This document shows positions 21,568 to 34,940 of a stretch of DNA of 64,000 nt, piece by piece. Positions within the stretch are counted from its first letter, which is position 1. Each line of letters begins with the position of its first letter. The notes under the pieces are model-generated. The model saw nothing but the letters and a program-made list of their open reading frames with translations, was not told the origin of the DNA and did no database searches. The position numbers were made by a program, and so were the translations under genes. Source of the DNA: Botryllus schlosseri (Eukaryota); contig CM119372.1 in the NCBI GenBank assembly GCA_051294905.1, forward strand, positions 30,442,001 through 30,506,000, in the 5' to 3' direction.

Positions 21568-22893
21568 CTATGACGGGTCTTGCTTTAAATAATCCCCTGC
21601 CAAAGTCCGGTATTTCTGACACAGTTCCTGGTCCCGCACGTCACCCCAGCCTCCGTTTTCCGGATGGGTCGGATTCGGCGTCTTCTTGGTGGACAAGATC
21701 TCGATTTTCGAAGGAAAAAGCCCTTCGGCCGTGTCGATCATACTGGTAAGCCGTTTCACTTCGGTTTCGACATCGCAACGACCGCCTTGCTTCTGATGGA
21801 AGCCGGTACAGCCGAGATGATAAACCCGCGGTACTTTTGTAACCACCGTGTACAAATGCGCGGGAATGCACTTCAAAGCCGTAGACTGCAACGACCAGTC
21901 CCAGTTGTAATCGTCGTACTTGCAAAAGTGTTCAGCGCACGCGGACACCTGCTCGTAAAAATCCTGATTTAAAACCATGCCAATGTTATGCTTCGAGCTG
22001 ACCCAAGGCGTTACATCGGCGTGTGCACCTAATTGCTTATAATCAGTGGTAGCGTCGTAAGCGCCTAAAGTTATCGCGAGACAGTCGGGACACAGCGATT
22101 TTCGTGCGTTTTCCATCTTTTTCATAACCTCTATCAAGTCAGGAACCACGTAATTATCGTCTTCAAGCATCAAGATCGGGCCCGTGTTTTTGTTAACCTC
22201 GTGTATCCCGTTGAACACCATGTTCAATTTCCAAAACCAATGGTGTTTCAACTGCACGAATTTCACTTCGCGATAATGCCCGTACATGTCGGGGCACTCT
22301 GCGTTGTTACAACCGCGGCGCCTGGCTTCCGCCTTGGCCAAGTCCCGGGAACAGTCATTTGGATCGTCTCCCGGGAAAGATCGCGGGTGCAGCTGCATCG
22401 AAAAGGGGAAGAAGATCTCTATGTATCTGCAAAAGTCGATTTCGTTATCGATGACTTTGTCCATTTCTTCGGTGAACTTATCTCGGCTTATAATCAAAGT
22501 CGCGGCTTCAATGCCTTTGACTGTTCGCAGGGAATCCAAAAGTAGCTTGAGGAAAGTGTGTCGGTCGTGTGTCTGCACCACTATGATAGGGTCTTCTGCT
22601 CTGTGGTCTCCGAATTTATCCTTGTTCCTCACGGTTTGCCTAAAATTCAACATGGCAGCCTGTGACAACATCCCTTCAACAGTATACACCCTGCCGGTGA
22701 TGTTGGTCATTACTTTCGGCAGTTGCAAAGCAGGGACTGGCTTCAATAGACTGGGCGACTTTGGTGAGACAAACCCATCTTTTTTCTCTTCCTTGTACGC
22801 CGACCGCGATTTGAACAGCAGTATCGTGCCGGCCAGGAATAGCAGAACAGTCAGCACGATGCCAAGTTTCCGCTTACGTACTCTTACAGGCAT
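21568..22893 (-). CDS. MGAT2: Alpha-1,6-mannosyl-glycoprotein 2-beta-N-acetylglucosaminyltransferase (GnT-II), single-exon CDS
   Basis: Type II TM anchor; FPG.DPNDC.RD, PDMYGHYRE, KHHWFWK, LEDD, YDDYNWDWSL, NGGWGD.RD..LC motifs. Confidence 0.95.
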   Translation of the reverse strand: MPVRVRKRKLGIVLTVLLFLAGTILLFKSRSAYKEEKKDGFVSPKSPSLLKPVPALQLPKVMTNITGRVYTVEGMLSQAAMLNFRQTVRNKDKFGDHRAEDPIIVVQTHDRHTFLKLLLDSLRTVKGIEAATLIISRDKFTEEMDKVIDNEIDFCRYIEIFFPFSMQLHPRSFPGDDPNDCSRDLAKAEARRRGCNNAECPDMYGHYREVKFVQLKHHWFWKLNMVFNGIHEVNKNTGPILMLEDDNYVVPDLIEVMKKMENARKSLCPDCLAITLGAYDATTDYKQLGAHADVTPWVSSKHNIGMVLNQDFYEQVSACAEHFCKYDDYNWDWSLQSTALKCIPAHLYTVVTKVPRVYHLGCTGFHQKQGGRCDVETEVKRLTSMIDTAEGLFPSKIEILSTKKTPNPTHPENGGWGDVRDQELCQKYRTLAGDYLKQDPS

Positions 22894-24037
22894 TATATTA
22901 GGTCATAATTTAGTTTCTGAGAAAATAAGCAAAGAATGATTGAAGGGAGTCTGCTGATTGGTCGCTTCACGTTGATGTATTTTGCAGTGTGTGCAAAGAT
23001 ATCTTGAACAACGCAAAGCCAGTAACAGATAGGAAAAATAGTGGTTAATGGAATTTTTTGAGACATACCGATCAAAGGTGGAAAACAAACGGCTGGAATG
23101 AGCCAGTTTAGACAAAGACGCAGACCTTTATTAGTCAATCGCATGCCAAGACTTGAAATCCTATGCATCTGCATGACTAACGTAGAAACACGAACATGCA
23201 GTAAATTGGAGTCGTTTCGAGAAACGTTCTTCATTACTGGCCACCGATATTATGTATTTAGAGTGGGTCAAGGGATTATATTCCTTTCCTAAATTTATAT
23301 TGACAGCGGGGACATTTCTGCCATCAGATTTGCAGAGACTAACATGAAACAATGAATTGATGGTACAGAACTCTAATTCAGCTTGCATCGCGTCTTACAT
23401 ATGTTGATATATGGTGCGGTCAACTAGCTTTTTAAAATTTTGAAAACATGCCTGCAACGGAAGACGTTTTGCCAACTTCACATTGCTTTCGCTGCTGGTT
23501 GGACATAAGAGTGAAAATTACCACTTCAATTTTGTCATGAAACACACATACTGCGGTAGCCCAACTAAAAGGCGACCATGTCGTTGTAAGGCCTTTGAAA
23601 GAAAAACAATACAAGCTGAAACAGTCGGCAAACTGCAATAGCTCACTGGTTCGTTCCAAGAGACCATAGTCGAGAGACATTTTCGGCCGCCTAAATCTCA
23701 CATTCTAACACTACATTGCGAAGGCATGAATTCATTTCTTCTAGATTTAGCTACGGTCCCCAGGAGCCCAGCTGCTGGTCGTAGCACAGAAGGAGAAAAA
23801 CAAAACGCAGTCACCATCTTTAGCACCTCGTAAGAGTCCAGCATTCGACAAGAAAAAAGTAGACTATGAGTGACGCGACGAATACCCGATTCCAGACGAT
23901 TGGTCACACTTTATCAAATCAGCATTCAGCTTTTGTTTAGCCAACACAGTAGCATGCGACATCACTCTATCTTGGCCCATCCAACTCTTTTCACGGGGTC
24001 TAGATATCCCATAAGAAAGCAATGTCCGATCCGTTCA

Positions 24038-27000
24038 CTATTTGTCGGTAGATTCTGGCTTCAATTCGCTGCCGTTTTGATATGATTTCGTTACTGCGTC
24101 GCGCAGTAAAGCGTACACTTCTTGCGCGGCAAACGTGCACTGCTTGGTGGCTTCCGATAAAACATCACAGTCCAACACGCCGGTCATCAGCATAGCCGAA
24201 ACCTGTGTGTGTGATGGAACAGTGTTAATCGAGAACGTGTGACTCCCTTCAATGAAGGAGTGTTGAGTTGCCGCAACATATCAGTGCTCGGTGACTTGGC
24301 TGAAGTTAGGCTTGATAAAACTACTACTTCACTCATGCTTGGGACCAGAGCTGGATTAGCTCGCCAGTGACTGAGAAAGCAGTTTCGTGATAACACCGAC
24401 TAGTTCAAGCTCGACAGAGTATGATGAAATTTGAACATAGCCGAGTGACTTCCTTGAGCCACTAACTTGCAAAAAAGAGAAACAGGGTATAGCTCGCGAA
24501 AACCGACCTGATTCAACTGAGGCAGCAGGGCGATCGTTAAATTCCCGTGATTAACGCATTCTGTTTTCGAAACTTTAGTACGTTCGTACTCTTCAAACGT
24601 GGTGGGATCCAGGATCAGCCCGTTCTGTAATTTCAAACAAGCTCGAAAAAAAAAAAACATCAAAACTAGGCCTGGACAAACTCTAGTAGGTAGGTAGCCT
24701 ACCTGATTGATTCGGTTACAGCATTAAGCTTCGAGTCAAGTATTCGAGTAAGCCTACCGCATATCATGATTGCTGTCATAGCATTAAGATATTTAGAAAG
24801 TTTTGTGGTGCCATAAAGGAAATAATGCCAGTCATACAAATAATTGCCTTCTTTGCTAACAATTTCCTGGTATACGGAAGTTTAGTCGACACACGGGTGG
24901 ATAAAAGAAGGCAACCTGCACCCGCACCATCCCCCTGCTATTTAGTAGAGACTGTACTCAACTATTACTGATATGACAAAATCGTATGGTTCTTTCAATT
25001 ACAAGCTGTTGATGTGACTCTTGCGAATCCGTACTACAATCAGGGGTTAGGCAAACTGACAATATATATGGCAATATCTTAGAAAGGTTCAAGTTTAGAA
25101 GCTCAGCAGACTCAACTTTTCAACCACTCGTAGAGCAAGGTGAGGTTGCTGTCAGGAATTGCTGGATTATACAGGATATCTAACTAGAAATGAGTGACAT
25201 TTCTATTATCGCAGTAGTTAATGTTAACGATTGAGTGGAAAAATGTATTCAGTAGCCCCTAGTTATCTCCCAATTTCATGAAAGCTTGCCCATAGTTTGC
25301 TGTTTAATTCAGCAGGAGTAAACATCTGAGATTATAATAATAATGATGCACCGATGCTGATATCTTCAAATCCATTACTTCATATTCTCATGACACAACT
25401 TTTTTGTCGTGGTGAAAGCCACACATTCTAATTAGAACCGAGATTAGCCAGAAATTTCCACCCCTCCGGCGCTTAAAAAAATCCCTAATTACAGAAAACG
25501 CATTATTACCTTCCCAAACAGGCGGACATTACAAGCCGCTACCATGTCGTACATTTCAATTGATGCATCAGTAAGCGCAAGGGACGCAGCTGTGATGGCC
25601 GCAGCAAGAGCTCCACCATCGTTTTCTATGACATAAGCGTAAACGTCGACTTGAGCCTTGGGGAACTTATCCATCATAACAGCGGGTTCGAGAGCTTGCG
25701 TCAGAACCTGATAAGAAATGTGGTGGCGTAAAATGCAGAGGTGGATAAAGTTAGTCAATATGGTCACTCGAGTAGAAGTAATGATTTCAAAGACATGTCA
25801 AACTGATTTGAGTGGAAATACAAAATGAAGGTCTTAAAACTAGTAGTTTCAAACAGCAGATATGGTCGAGATGTGGCATACAGTTGACAGAAGATGGCTA
25901 CTTTCGAAATGGCTTGGTAGATCTTCACAATACAAAATGATCCAGTCTGTCACAGTATTACACAGCATGGAATGCATGGAATCCGGGTCAACTAGTGCAA
26001 GACAAGGGTAGGTGAGGGAGGGCAGGGATGTTGACCCACATTGGGATTTGAATTGAAATGGCGATCTTGGGGTCCACGCTAAAAAAGTTGAGGAAGCCCT
26101 GCTGTAAATCGTCTCAGACAGTTATACGTTTATTACGTGTTTAGATATTTTATTACGATGAGAATAAACCTATTTCTTTGAATCTGAAAACAATTGTGCC
26201 GACAGAAATAAATTGGTTATGTGAAAACTTGACAATTTCTGTAACTGCAACAGTCCTTTTTAGTAACATTTGGTAAGATTTGGTAAGAGCCAAACTCCAA
26301 CGAGTCTTACAAAATTCCTGTGACTTTGATTCAAATCAAGGGAAAATTTAATAAAACTCCCAAGTCCACAGCCGTGGCCCAGATTCACTACTGCCAAGAC
26401 TGTAGGTCTGATATCATCAAATACAGCTGAAGTTGCATGCATCCATCCATCGGAAATAGGCTACTCGATGATATGTGCTGTATTTCGAAAATTCGTGCCC
26501 TTATGTTGTAGAATTTTTTACTTGTATTTTATCGGTGAGTAGGCTTGATTATTACAGTAGGGCCTACGTATTTAGAGACTTGTTTGGTTGAACTACCTTG
26601 ACTCGCAAGCTTGCTAATACTACTCGTCCACCTTAAGATATGGCTCATCGAAAATGTTAACAGAACAGAAACCAATTCCTAATTGCCACACCTGCGAGTA
26701 TTCCATCTCCTCATCGTCTGGCACATGACTCTTTCTTTTATGACACGAGAATGGGGCAAATTTGAACTCACACTTCAACGCACCTGTATAGAATCATGGA
26801 TTGGTGATTACCACTGTAGAAATTCTCACAGAGAATGAGGGCCGTACACATTTTAATAATTGATGTAACGTGACATACATAGATATGAAGGCTCCCAATA
26901 CGGTATATTTAATTACAAATATTACGGTATGTCACTATATTGCACTTATACTTGTACATTAGTAGGCTGCTAGACTAAACTGGATAAGACTCGGTGGGGA

Positions 27001-27959
27001 AATTCATGTGTTGGTATTAATCGGAATGGAATGCATTGCTTTCAGTCCTGCTATCATCCATGGGTACCAATTTGGCAATATTGTAAATGAAAACCTAAGT
27101 ATGTGTGGTGAAATCACAGTACAGGCAACAGTAATTGAATGAAACCACCAAGTAGGTGACCAACATACATGACAAGATCAACGTTTGGGTTCAAGTTCTT
27201 GGCTACTTATCCAGAAAGAGTGGGCTACATATTCTACCATCCTAGTTTTGTGTCGCAAAATACACGCTGGGATTTGCATCATTGCAGCACAAAACTGGCA
27301 CCAGTCGACGAGTGGCACAGCATGCGTATCACAACAAGTAAAGTAGACCGTTTCAATTAATATCAAGAAGATGTGAAAAATATTTAGTGTTGAATAGTTT
27401 TGGTTTCGTGTTCAGTTAATTAATACGTTCAATTCTAAGCAACGCAAGACTGAGATACAATGAGAAGATAGGAATCTGTCTATCAAATACTCAGAAGACA
27501 TAAACTGAATGAAAATTATGATGAAAAGACAGCATACAAAAGGCGAAGCAATAAAAATAGTATCCCAATTTTTCATATATCAGCTTGCTTTACCTTTCAT
27601 CTGATAGCTATCCCTCCGACCAAAATCTCTCGGCCCATACACTGCACAAATGACCTTTGTCCGTCCCATTTCAATGTACGCAGACCCTTGCGCTTGAGGG
27701 TTAATGCCAGATTTGAGGAAGACGCCTCTGCTCTCATCCAGACCTCTATCATCTCGCCTTTCTTTGCCCCCTGAATTCAATTCATCGGACAACATTAGGG
27801 ACAATGGAATGATAATATGTCAGATTCATAAATAACTGAAGGTCTCATTCAAAGATTAAATCACGTCTCACCGAAATGCTCCAGACAACTATTTTGAATC
27901 AGCTCTTCAGGATCGTAGGTAGTCTCCGGCACCGGGATTCTCCTTGAATCGTTCGGCAT
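24038..27959 (-). CDS. EXOSC6: Exosome complex component MTR3; six exons 27959-27872, 27770-27594, 26783-26692, 25707-25510, 24624-24508, 24202-24038 (278 aa)
   Basis: All introns GT-AG and phase-consistent (837 nt). MPNDSRRI start, GSAYIE...TKVICAVYGPR, CEFKFAPFS, ALEPAV...FPK, ENDGG RNase PH motifs. Confidence 0.9.
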
Positions 27960-28111
27960 GATCAGCGAAACTACAGTAGGCTATAAGACTTAATCCGAAA
28001 ACCTTGCAAGTGAAAGAACAGAATACAATAAAACCGATTTAGCATTTGTCGCAATTACATGATGAAAAAGAACATTATTTGGAACATGCTATACAAAATT
28101 TCGCATTAGTT

Positions 28112-28786
28112 TTATTTCGAAGCTTCTGAATATCTTTCCGCGACGTTTGCCCAGTTCACAACGTTGAAGATATTTTTCAAGTAATCCGGCCTCACGTTCT
28201 TGTACTGTAAGTAGTAAGCGTGCTCCCATATGTCAATACCTAATAGCGGGATAAGTCCAGTCGTGGCTTGGAGAGGGTCTTGATTCGCGCAGGTCGTGAT
28301 CTCAATTTGCTTTCTTTCTCGGTTATACCCGAGCCAACCCCACCCGGATCCTTGTACAGCTGCGGTCGTAGCTGATAGCTTGTCTTTCATATTTTCAAAC
28401 GATCCAAAATCACGTTTAATTGCATCCGCTAAATCCCCGGTCGGCTCGCCACCCCCGTTAGGAGACAAATTGGTCCAGAAAATAGAATGGTTGATATGAC
28501 CACCGCCGTTGAACTTCAAAGCAGAACCAAGACCGATGATGGATGACGCGTCGCTTTTTACTTGGGCTTCCGCCAGCTTCTCTTCTGCGACATTGAGATT
28601 GTTGACATACGTCGCGTGATGTTTCGAATGGTGTATGCGCATGATCTCGGCGGATATATGCGGTTCCAATGCGTCGTAATCGTACGGTAAATCCGGAAGG
28701 GTATGCTTTGCACGCGCAAGTACACCGGCGCTCATGAAAGGCAACTGCCTTAAATGAGACACAATCCTGCTGCTAACCGCCAACAT
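28112..28786 (-). CDS. SOD2: Mitochondrial Mn superoxide dismutase, intronless
   Basis: Basic N-terminal transit peptide; [44 protein letters not shown]. Confidence 0.98.
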   Translation of the reverse strand: MLAVSSRIVSHLRQLPFMSAGVLARAKHTLPDLPYDYDALEPHISAEIMRIHHSKHHATYVNNLNVAEEKLAEAQVKSDASSIIGLGSALKFNGGGHINHSIFWTNLSPNGGGEPTGDLADAIKRDFGSFENMKDKLSATTAAVQGSGWGWLGYNRERKQIEITTCANQDPLQATTGLIPLLGIDIWEHAYYLQYKNVRPDYLKNIFNVVNWANVAERYSEASK

Positions 28787-30478
28787 TATTCACGATTAGA
28801 CGCTATGAAACTGTAAACTGATAAATCATGTTAACATTCAGCTGCCACGAAGTTACCAGAACTGCTTGCAGCGAATTTTCAAAGTTTGTAAGTTCTGGGG
28901 TCAAAATTTGTCCTGCGATGCGTTGAGCTATACATCAGTAGGGCAACTTATTTACTGGCATGCACACTGCACAGGTCAATATTACCACTTCATTCGGTAA
29001 TAGAGGTGTTGTGTGAACATAAAAACGGACACAATAATATCCGATATTAGAGTTGAATGGGGCAAAATCAAAACATGCATTGAAAATGTTCCTGGACATA
29101 AGCTAGAAGACAATACTTTTAGAGAGCTTGAACCATCATAACAAGTAACCAGTTGTCCGCAATAAATGACTATGGTTCTAATCTAGTAAGATACATGATT
29201 GAATGTAAGAAATACAAACTGCCACAAGATGGCACTGGTGGGTTATGTTGAAAAGCAAAGCCGATCAAATTATCGCACTCTACAGTCTACAGCGCAGTTG
29301 CAATCAGTCAACAACAGAGTGAATCAAATAACAGTACAGAAAGTACACAAGATTTGCTAATTCAATGACCAAACATGGAGATGAAGGAAGATAGACTAAC
29401 AATTGAATCAGAAATATGCAACTTTCAAGGCCAATATTGGGACAATCGCCAACTCATGGTAAACAACACACATACCTAGTAGCTCTCGCAATTGTCTACT
29501 TACTCTACTACGACACAATATATGATTGCTACCATAATTATTGATGAAATTGTTACTTTTGGGGAAATTATAAATCTCATTCAGTGGTTCTAGAAGTGAC
29601 AGCACACGTAGAGACAGTCCAATAGCATGGGCTGACAAGGATGGTCGTCGGGCCTATATAAATGCTATAAAGTCATTTAGGTGCCTCACGTCAACAGTCA
29701 CCCAAAACACTAATATTGTCACTAGCATTTAGTTTATATTGCTGTGTAGATATTCTGAGATTGGGATGATTTGTATGCGTTGGAGTATCATCACTCATAC
29801 CCTACAAAGATGGATTGAGATACGAGTTGTCAGTCTGAAATCTGATATTTAATAACAGTTTTTTTTTGCAGGACTGAGCAACAACACCAACTTGGTTACT
29901 TGGTAAGGTAAAACCAAGTAAAGCCTCAGTGTTTTAGCACATCACAAATTGAATGTTTGTCAAAGAATGTTTGCACCATGATTTACAGATGCATAAACTA
30001 TTACATCAGTTAGGCCTACCGCCTAAGCGGTGAAATGATGTAGAAGATTGGTTGGCATTGCAATTTCAAATCTAGATAACAAGTCTTTAAGCAGTAACTT
30101 CTACCCCAGACTGGAAACAGTGGTTGTTTTCGGCAATAAATTGTGCGTGACAGTCTGAGGGTTTGTCACACTCCGGAACGGAATTGGTGGCAACGTCACG
30201 CAGGATTTTCTGTTTATTTGCTTAATTATTCTATACAGAAAAGCTCTCATCACGCAGGATTTATTTCAAAAAATGAACCGAGATTCCAAATAGGGTCACA
30301 CTGAATAATTGTGTACTTGAACTGAAAATTATGCGTGAAGTTGTCACCAATTCCTCTTCCGCCTCTACCCATCAATCATAGTTGAATCAATCTTCATCAT
30401 CCAGCCACCAACATGCTGACCTTCAGAGTTTCCCCCTCACACTGCTAGGCCACAGTACTACAATATTCCTTCGTTAAT

Positions 30479-30934
30479 TCATTCTTTTTTGGCATTGCAA
30501 GTCAAGGTGGAAGGAGGAGCTGTGTTTAATGCAGCTTTCATGCATTCGATGTCATTCAAAATTTGCTTCTGCAATTTTTTTCCTTTCAATCTAGTAGGTT
30601 TGTTGCCATTAACATCCGCTGTTATATCCACATCGATTCCATCCGCCGTGTGAGACTGAGATGATTGCATTATCGAGTCCAGCTCTGCTAAAGCTGCGGT
30701 CATCGGATTCAGGTCGCCGACTACGGGCGTTTCTGCTCTTTTTTTGGCTGCTCTCCTCTCCTTCACGGCGTCTTTTTCGGCTTGCAATTTTGAAAGAAAG
30801 TCCTGTCGCTTTTTCAATCTCTTGTCCTTTTTACCTGCCACTGTTTTCATCGCGGCAACGTCGGATGTACCGGTGTCCGTACCAGAGTCCTTCAACTCGC
30901 CTTTCAATCCTGGGCGCCGTCGCTTCGAGGGCAT
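30479..30934 (-). CDS. SLX9: Ribosome biogenesis protein SLX9 homolog (FAM207A)
   Basis: KKDKR.KKR..FL.KL...K...RRAAKK...VVGDLNPM..AL.EL motif of the SLX9/FAM207A family; C-terminus may be spliced. Confidence 0.7.
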   Translation of the reverse strand: MPSKRRRPGLKGELKDSGTDTGTSDVAAMKTVAGKKDKRLKKRQDFLSKLQAEKDAVKERRAAKKRAETPVVGDLNPMTAALAELDSIMQSSQSHTADGIDVDITADVNGNKPTRLKGKKLQKQILNDIECMKAALNTAPPSTLTCNAKKE

Positions 30935-31419
30935 GATTTCCCTTCCTTCCGTAACTCAATTTGACTGACAGAAAACTACAAACAGAAATCACCAGACAGA
31001 ATCAGCATCAGCACACGCAGCTGCACGTAAAGTAAGGTTCTTTGGTTGTCGTCACGGATTAGATCACATAGACTAGCATGTGAGAGAAAAAGAGAAAGAG
31101 AGCGTTGTAATCATGGAAAACTGAATGGGATAGAACGGTAACTGCGTGGCCTGTCAATCAGATACGGTTGAATGACAAGTCATCGCAGCCAGAATGTTTC
31201 GATTGTCTGCCGTGATGCTCCGGCTAACGTAAACACACATATCGGGTTAATTAAGTGTTATTATTATCGTAGCTTGTCTAGATTACTTTTCATGTAGTAG
31301 ACAGTTGTGATTAAGTTGAACATCGACTGCAGTGTCTGTAGTGCTGTATTATTATTATTATTATTTTAATTTCATCAGGTATACGGCTTATTCATTTATA
31401 CTGTGTATATCTATTGAAA

Positions 31420-34166
31420 TTATGGCCTCGCAAGTTAGTGACGTTGTTAAGGAACGGTACGATATTCCCCCGGAAATTGTCCATGAACTTCTCTTCAACG
31501 ACTTTGATGAAAGCATGGACACCATATCTGTTCCAAATATTATTCAGCAACCAGTGGATCTTGAACCATTGCTGCGCTCATTGGAGTTCAAAGACCCACC
31601 AGAACTCCTGAAAAAGGTATTGAACTAGCTACGGGATGGATTATCAGTATGGATTCCACTAGAAATCAAGATGATATTGTGATGAGTTACAGTAAGGTTT
31701 GCGCCTTTGCGGTGATCCAATATTATATACGAAATCAAACGACAGGCTTTTCTCTGCCAAATTTTTACTTGAGCTCATCGAAAAAAGAATTGATAATGGA
31801 ATGAAAAGCCACCTCAGCCGGAGTCATTGGTCTCTGTCAGTATTTCTGAAAGGGGGAGCGATATTTTAGAATACATGGCTGGTTTTACTTTGAGAAAGAC
31901 AATTCGAAAATTCAATGACCAGTTAGACCGATCTTTGGCAAGTTAATCCCCCTGATGGAGCGCAAGGCTGGGGCGCTTGTATATCCAGGCTCAGAGCTGC
32001 TCTTTCTTCTTAGGAGAGTCTACAGAGAGTTTACGAGGGAATGCAGCAAATTCCCAAAGTTGATGAACTTTTCAATTTTGCAGGACAGAGTTGTCAAAAG
32101 TTAATACGTATTCAACTTCAGAAGCAGCATCAACAGAGCAACGTGTACTAATGTCCATTCCAAACTAGTGATAGACTATGCCATTGGCTTAGGCTTATTT
32201 CTTGAGTGTTGGGTAACTCCTTCACAAAGAAGCTAGTTAACAAGCTTCGGAAAGAAAGAGTCGAATAAAGGAAGCCAGGGTACACGTGGTGATTTGAAGG
32301 GAAAACCTTCGTCCGAAATTGTTTTACAATGTTTTCAATTTCAAAATTGATGGCATATATAATTGATGGCATATAACTTGCAATGTAGATTTTAGCGAAT
32401 CTGGACGAGACAAGCACTGGCCTTGCAGTACATTGTGATTTAGTTGAACACACCGCCAGTGTCCTTTTTAGTTTATAAACCTGCTATATTTTTCAGATTG
32501 TCATGTTCTACCCGCGCTGCTAAGGATTGACATTGCAACAACTATGTGATCGCAGGGTCAAAAAGAAACGTTATTACAAGAAAGACGGTTCAATGACGAT
32601 GCTAATATTAACAAACCTTTACCACATGAAGGTGTAGGGTACAATACTATATATATCACACCAGGAGCATTGTTGACTTCTAGGCATGCAATCCTTTCAT
32701 TTCTCATCTGAGCAATAAATGAGCATTGCAACAGTCATCATGTGTGGTATTGTATATTGACAAATTATCAAGTATATTGACGATTTATCATACATTCGTT
32801 AGATGTTAGCCAGTTATGCAGAGCTGTCAGGGCACAACTGGTACGAGCAGATTGGTGCATGAAGGCACCACGGAGACCAAAGTATAAACCCGGTTAAAAT
32901 GAAAGATCTCCGGGTCGCCATGACCCTTTCATATCCAGCAAATGGGTTGGGTGTCCGTGACAGTTTTCGGTTTTTCACCAGATTTTGTGATTTCCAGGCA
33001 TGGTTCATATTCCAGGCATGGTTCATATTTTGTAATCTCCTTGCATGATCCGCGGCGTCATGTGGCCGGCCATATTGATCTGAAAAATAAGATCATACGG
33101 CAGCATACGATGGACAAGTCATCGTCAAACACTATCCTGTACTGATAGGACATAAGTGATCATGGTTGGCATAAGCTGGTCGCATTTTCGATGGATATAT
33201 ACAAATTGGCATCGAATCTATGATACGTTTCAACCATATGTGCAGCATTGCAAAAAGTGTGGGCTGATTTCAACCTATAAACCTGTATTTGAGAGTAGCT
33301 CAGGAATTTCGTAAATTTATTTATTTTAGACGCCTGCAGGCCTTAGGAGGAGCAAATCCAAAACTGACCTGATTTTACTTTGAATATGCTGATCATCTTC
33401 CTCCAAATCAAGATAGAGCTTTGCCTTCCTCTCATATGCTACCCAGCCACCTATTGAACAGTAAGTAAGTGACAAATTACCATCCAACTTGATTCCTACC
33501 TTGAATAAGAGATGCGTCATTTTTCAATCGGGCAACATTTTGATAATAGAATTTTTTAGCACAAGCTTTTCTGGGAGCTGGCTCTTTCCTTGGTGGGGAA
33601 GAGAATGATGCGGACTTTTTAGGCAAATTGAGGCAAGGCATGGCTCCCAACTTCAGCCGACGTCTCCCAGAAGCACCTGCCGCTATGATATCTTCAGGCC
33701 GGAAATGTAGATCACATATTGTGGCTCTTAAAACACAATAAATGGTCAATGAAAGAATAATTGCATGATGCCAGCAACAACGTATCGGTCACTGGTTTGC
33801 GCTTAATACATATAAATATCCACCTTTGATATCATAGCGGCATGCACTAGCCTGGCGGAACAACTCCCATACCATTTACAGATCATAATCTGTCACAACA
33901 GAAAAGGAATTCCGTAACTCACGATTCTCTATCAAGCTGACTGATTATATTATCTCTTTTATCCGTAGAATCACGCATATGGACAATATAAAACAACGTA
34001 GTTGCGATCGGTGCTGCCTTTCCTGTTCGTCCTTTGCGAGATCCACCCTATAAATGACAAAGAGTGCTGAATTACCATTTTTTAGACTAGTATTACAATC
34101 GGGGACGGCACAATTCTTCGCGGGCATTTTCAATATCCGATAGCTGTAAATAAGTATCATCATCAT
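31420..34166. pseudogene. Degraded THAP-domain (P-element/THAP9- or Kolobok-like) transposon remnant
   Basis: Minus strand: CAVPDC (34121 region) plus ICDLHF..LKLGAMP THAP pieces and a weak MAT..SFILTG..PI.SY segment. Plus strand: broken ORF with LEYMAGF.LRK and GALVYPG. Many stops; ends not found. Confidence 0.45.
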
Positions 34167-34415
34167 TGGTTTATTAGCAATTTTATCAGTTCAATACACC
34201 ACAAAAAATGCGATACAATGAAAAGACAGGAAGATGTCGAAGCGACAAGGAGTAGTCTATGGAATCTGACACCCACCTTGGCCTAGGCGATGTAAAGAGG
34301 AGGCATGCACACTGAATGAAAGTAAAGAAGATAGTATAGAAAAAGAAAGCGACAAGTCATGGGAAGCGAGATCGATAGGTCAGTCGTGGTCCGGTAATCT
34401 TGAGGATGGACTGTA
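34157..34415 (-). mobile_element. Solo 3' end of the same LINE family as 16255..17333
   Basis: Reverse complement matches 16910-17178, including the AATAAA-(TGA)n tail. Confidence 0.8.
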
Positions 34416-34940
34416 TTTATTTACCGATACAGTTCTGCAAAACATATATATTTATATATATAGTAGGTCAAATGGTACATCCGATCACAGCTAACAAACG
34501 AAACTTTGCGGATGCCGAGGTCTCGGCGGTCTCACGGCTCTCGCCATAGTGAGCAAAACACGGTTTCGCGCCTGCGCTAATTTGCTCGATGACTTGTCAT
34601 TCAACCGTATCTGATTGACAGGCCACGCAGTCACCATTCTATCCCATTCAGTTTTCCATGGTTGTAATCCTTGTAGCTTATATTCATTCTCAACATGCTT
34701 ATTGCTTAGGCAGTGGCTATTCGTCCGGAACCGGATGAATAGCCCGCAGCCATAGTCCAGGCTATTCGTCCGGAACTGTGTGACGTAACTAAGCACCGCC
34801 AGCATCTGATGTGTGACGTAATTATGCGCCGCCAGAATTCTGACGTTGCTCAGTTGACGGACTTCGAGTTCAACCAGTGTCCGAATGCCAGGTCTAATAT
34901 GAGTTCAGTTCGTTATCAGTGCTTATTACTTGCTATAACC

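Noticed and set aside
22286-22939. 217-aa plus-strand ORF and other antisense ORFs over MGAT2, SOD2, pPolB, MCP and the transposase
   Set aside because: Shadow frames of real genes with no recognisable motifs.
29860-29910. Possible plus-strand micro-exon (TTTTGCAG...GTAAGG) and similar sites near 25140 and 20785
   Set aside because: Splice-like signals only; no consistent reading frame could be assembled.
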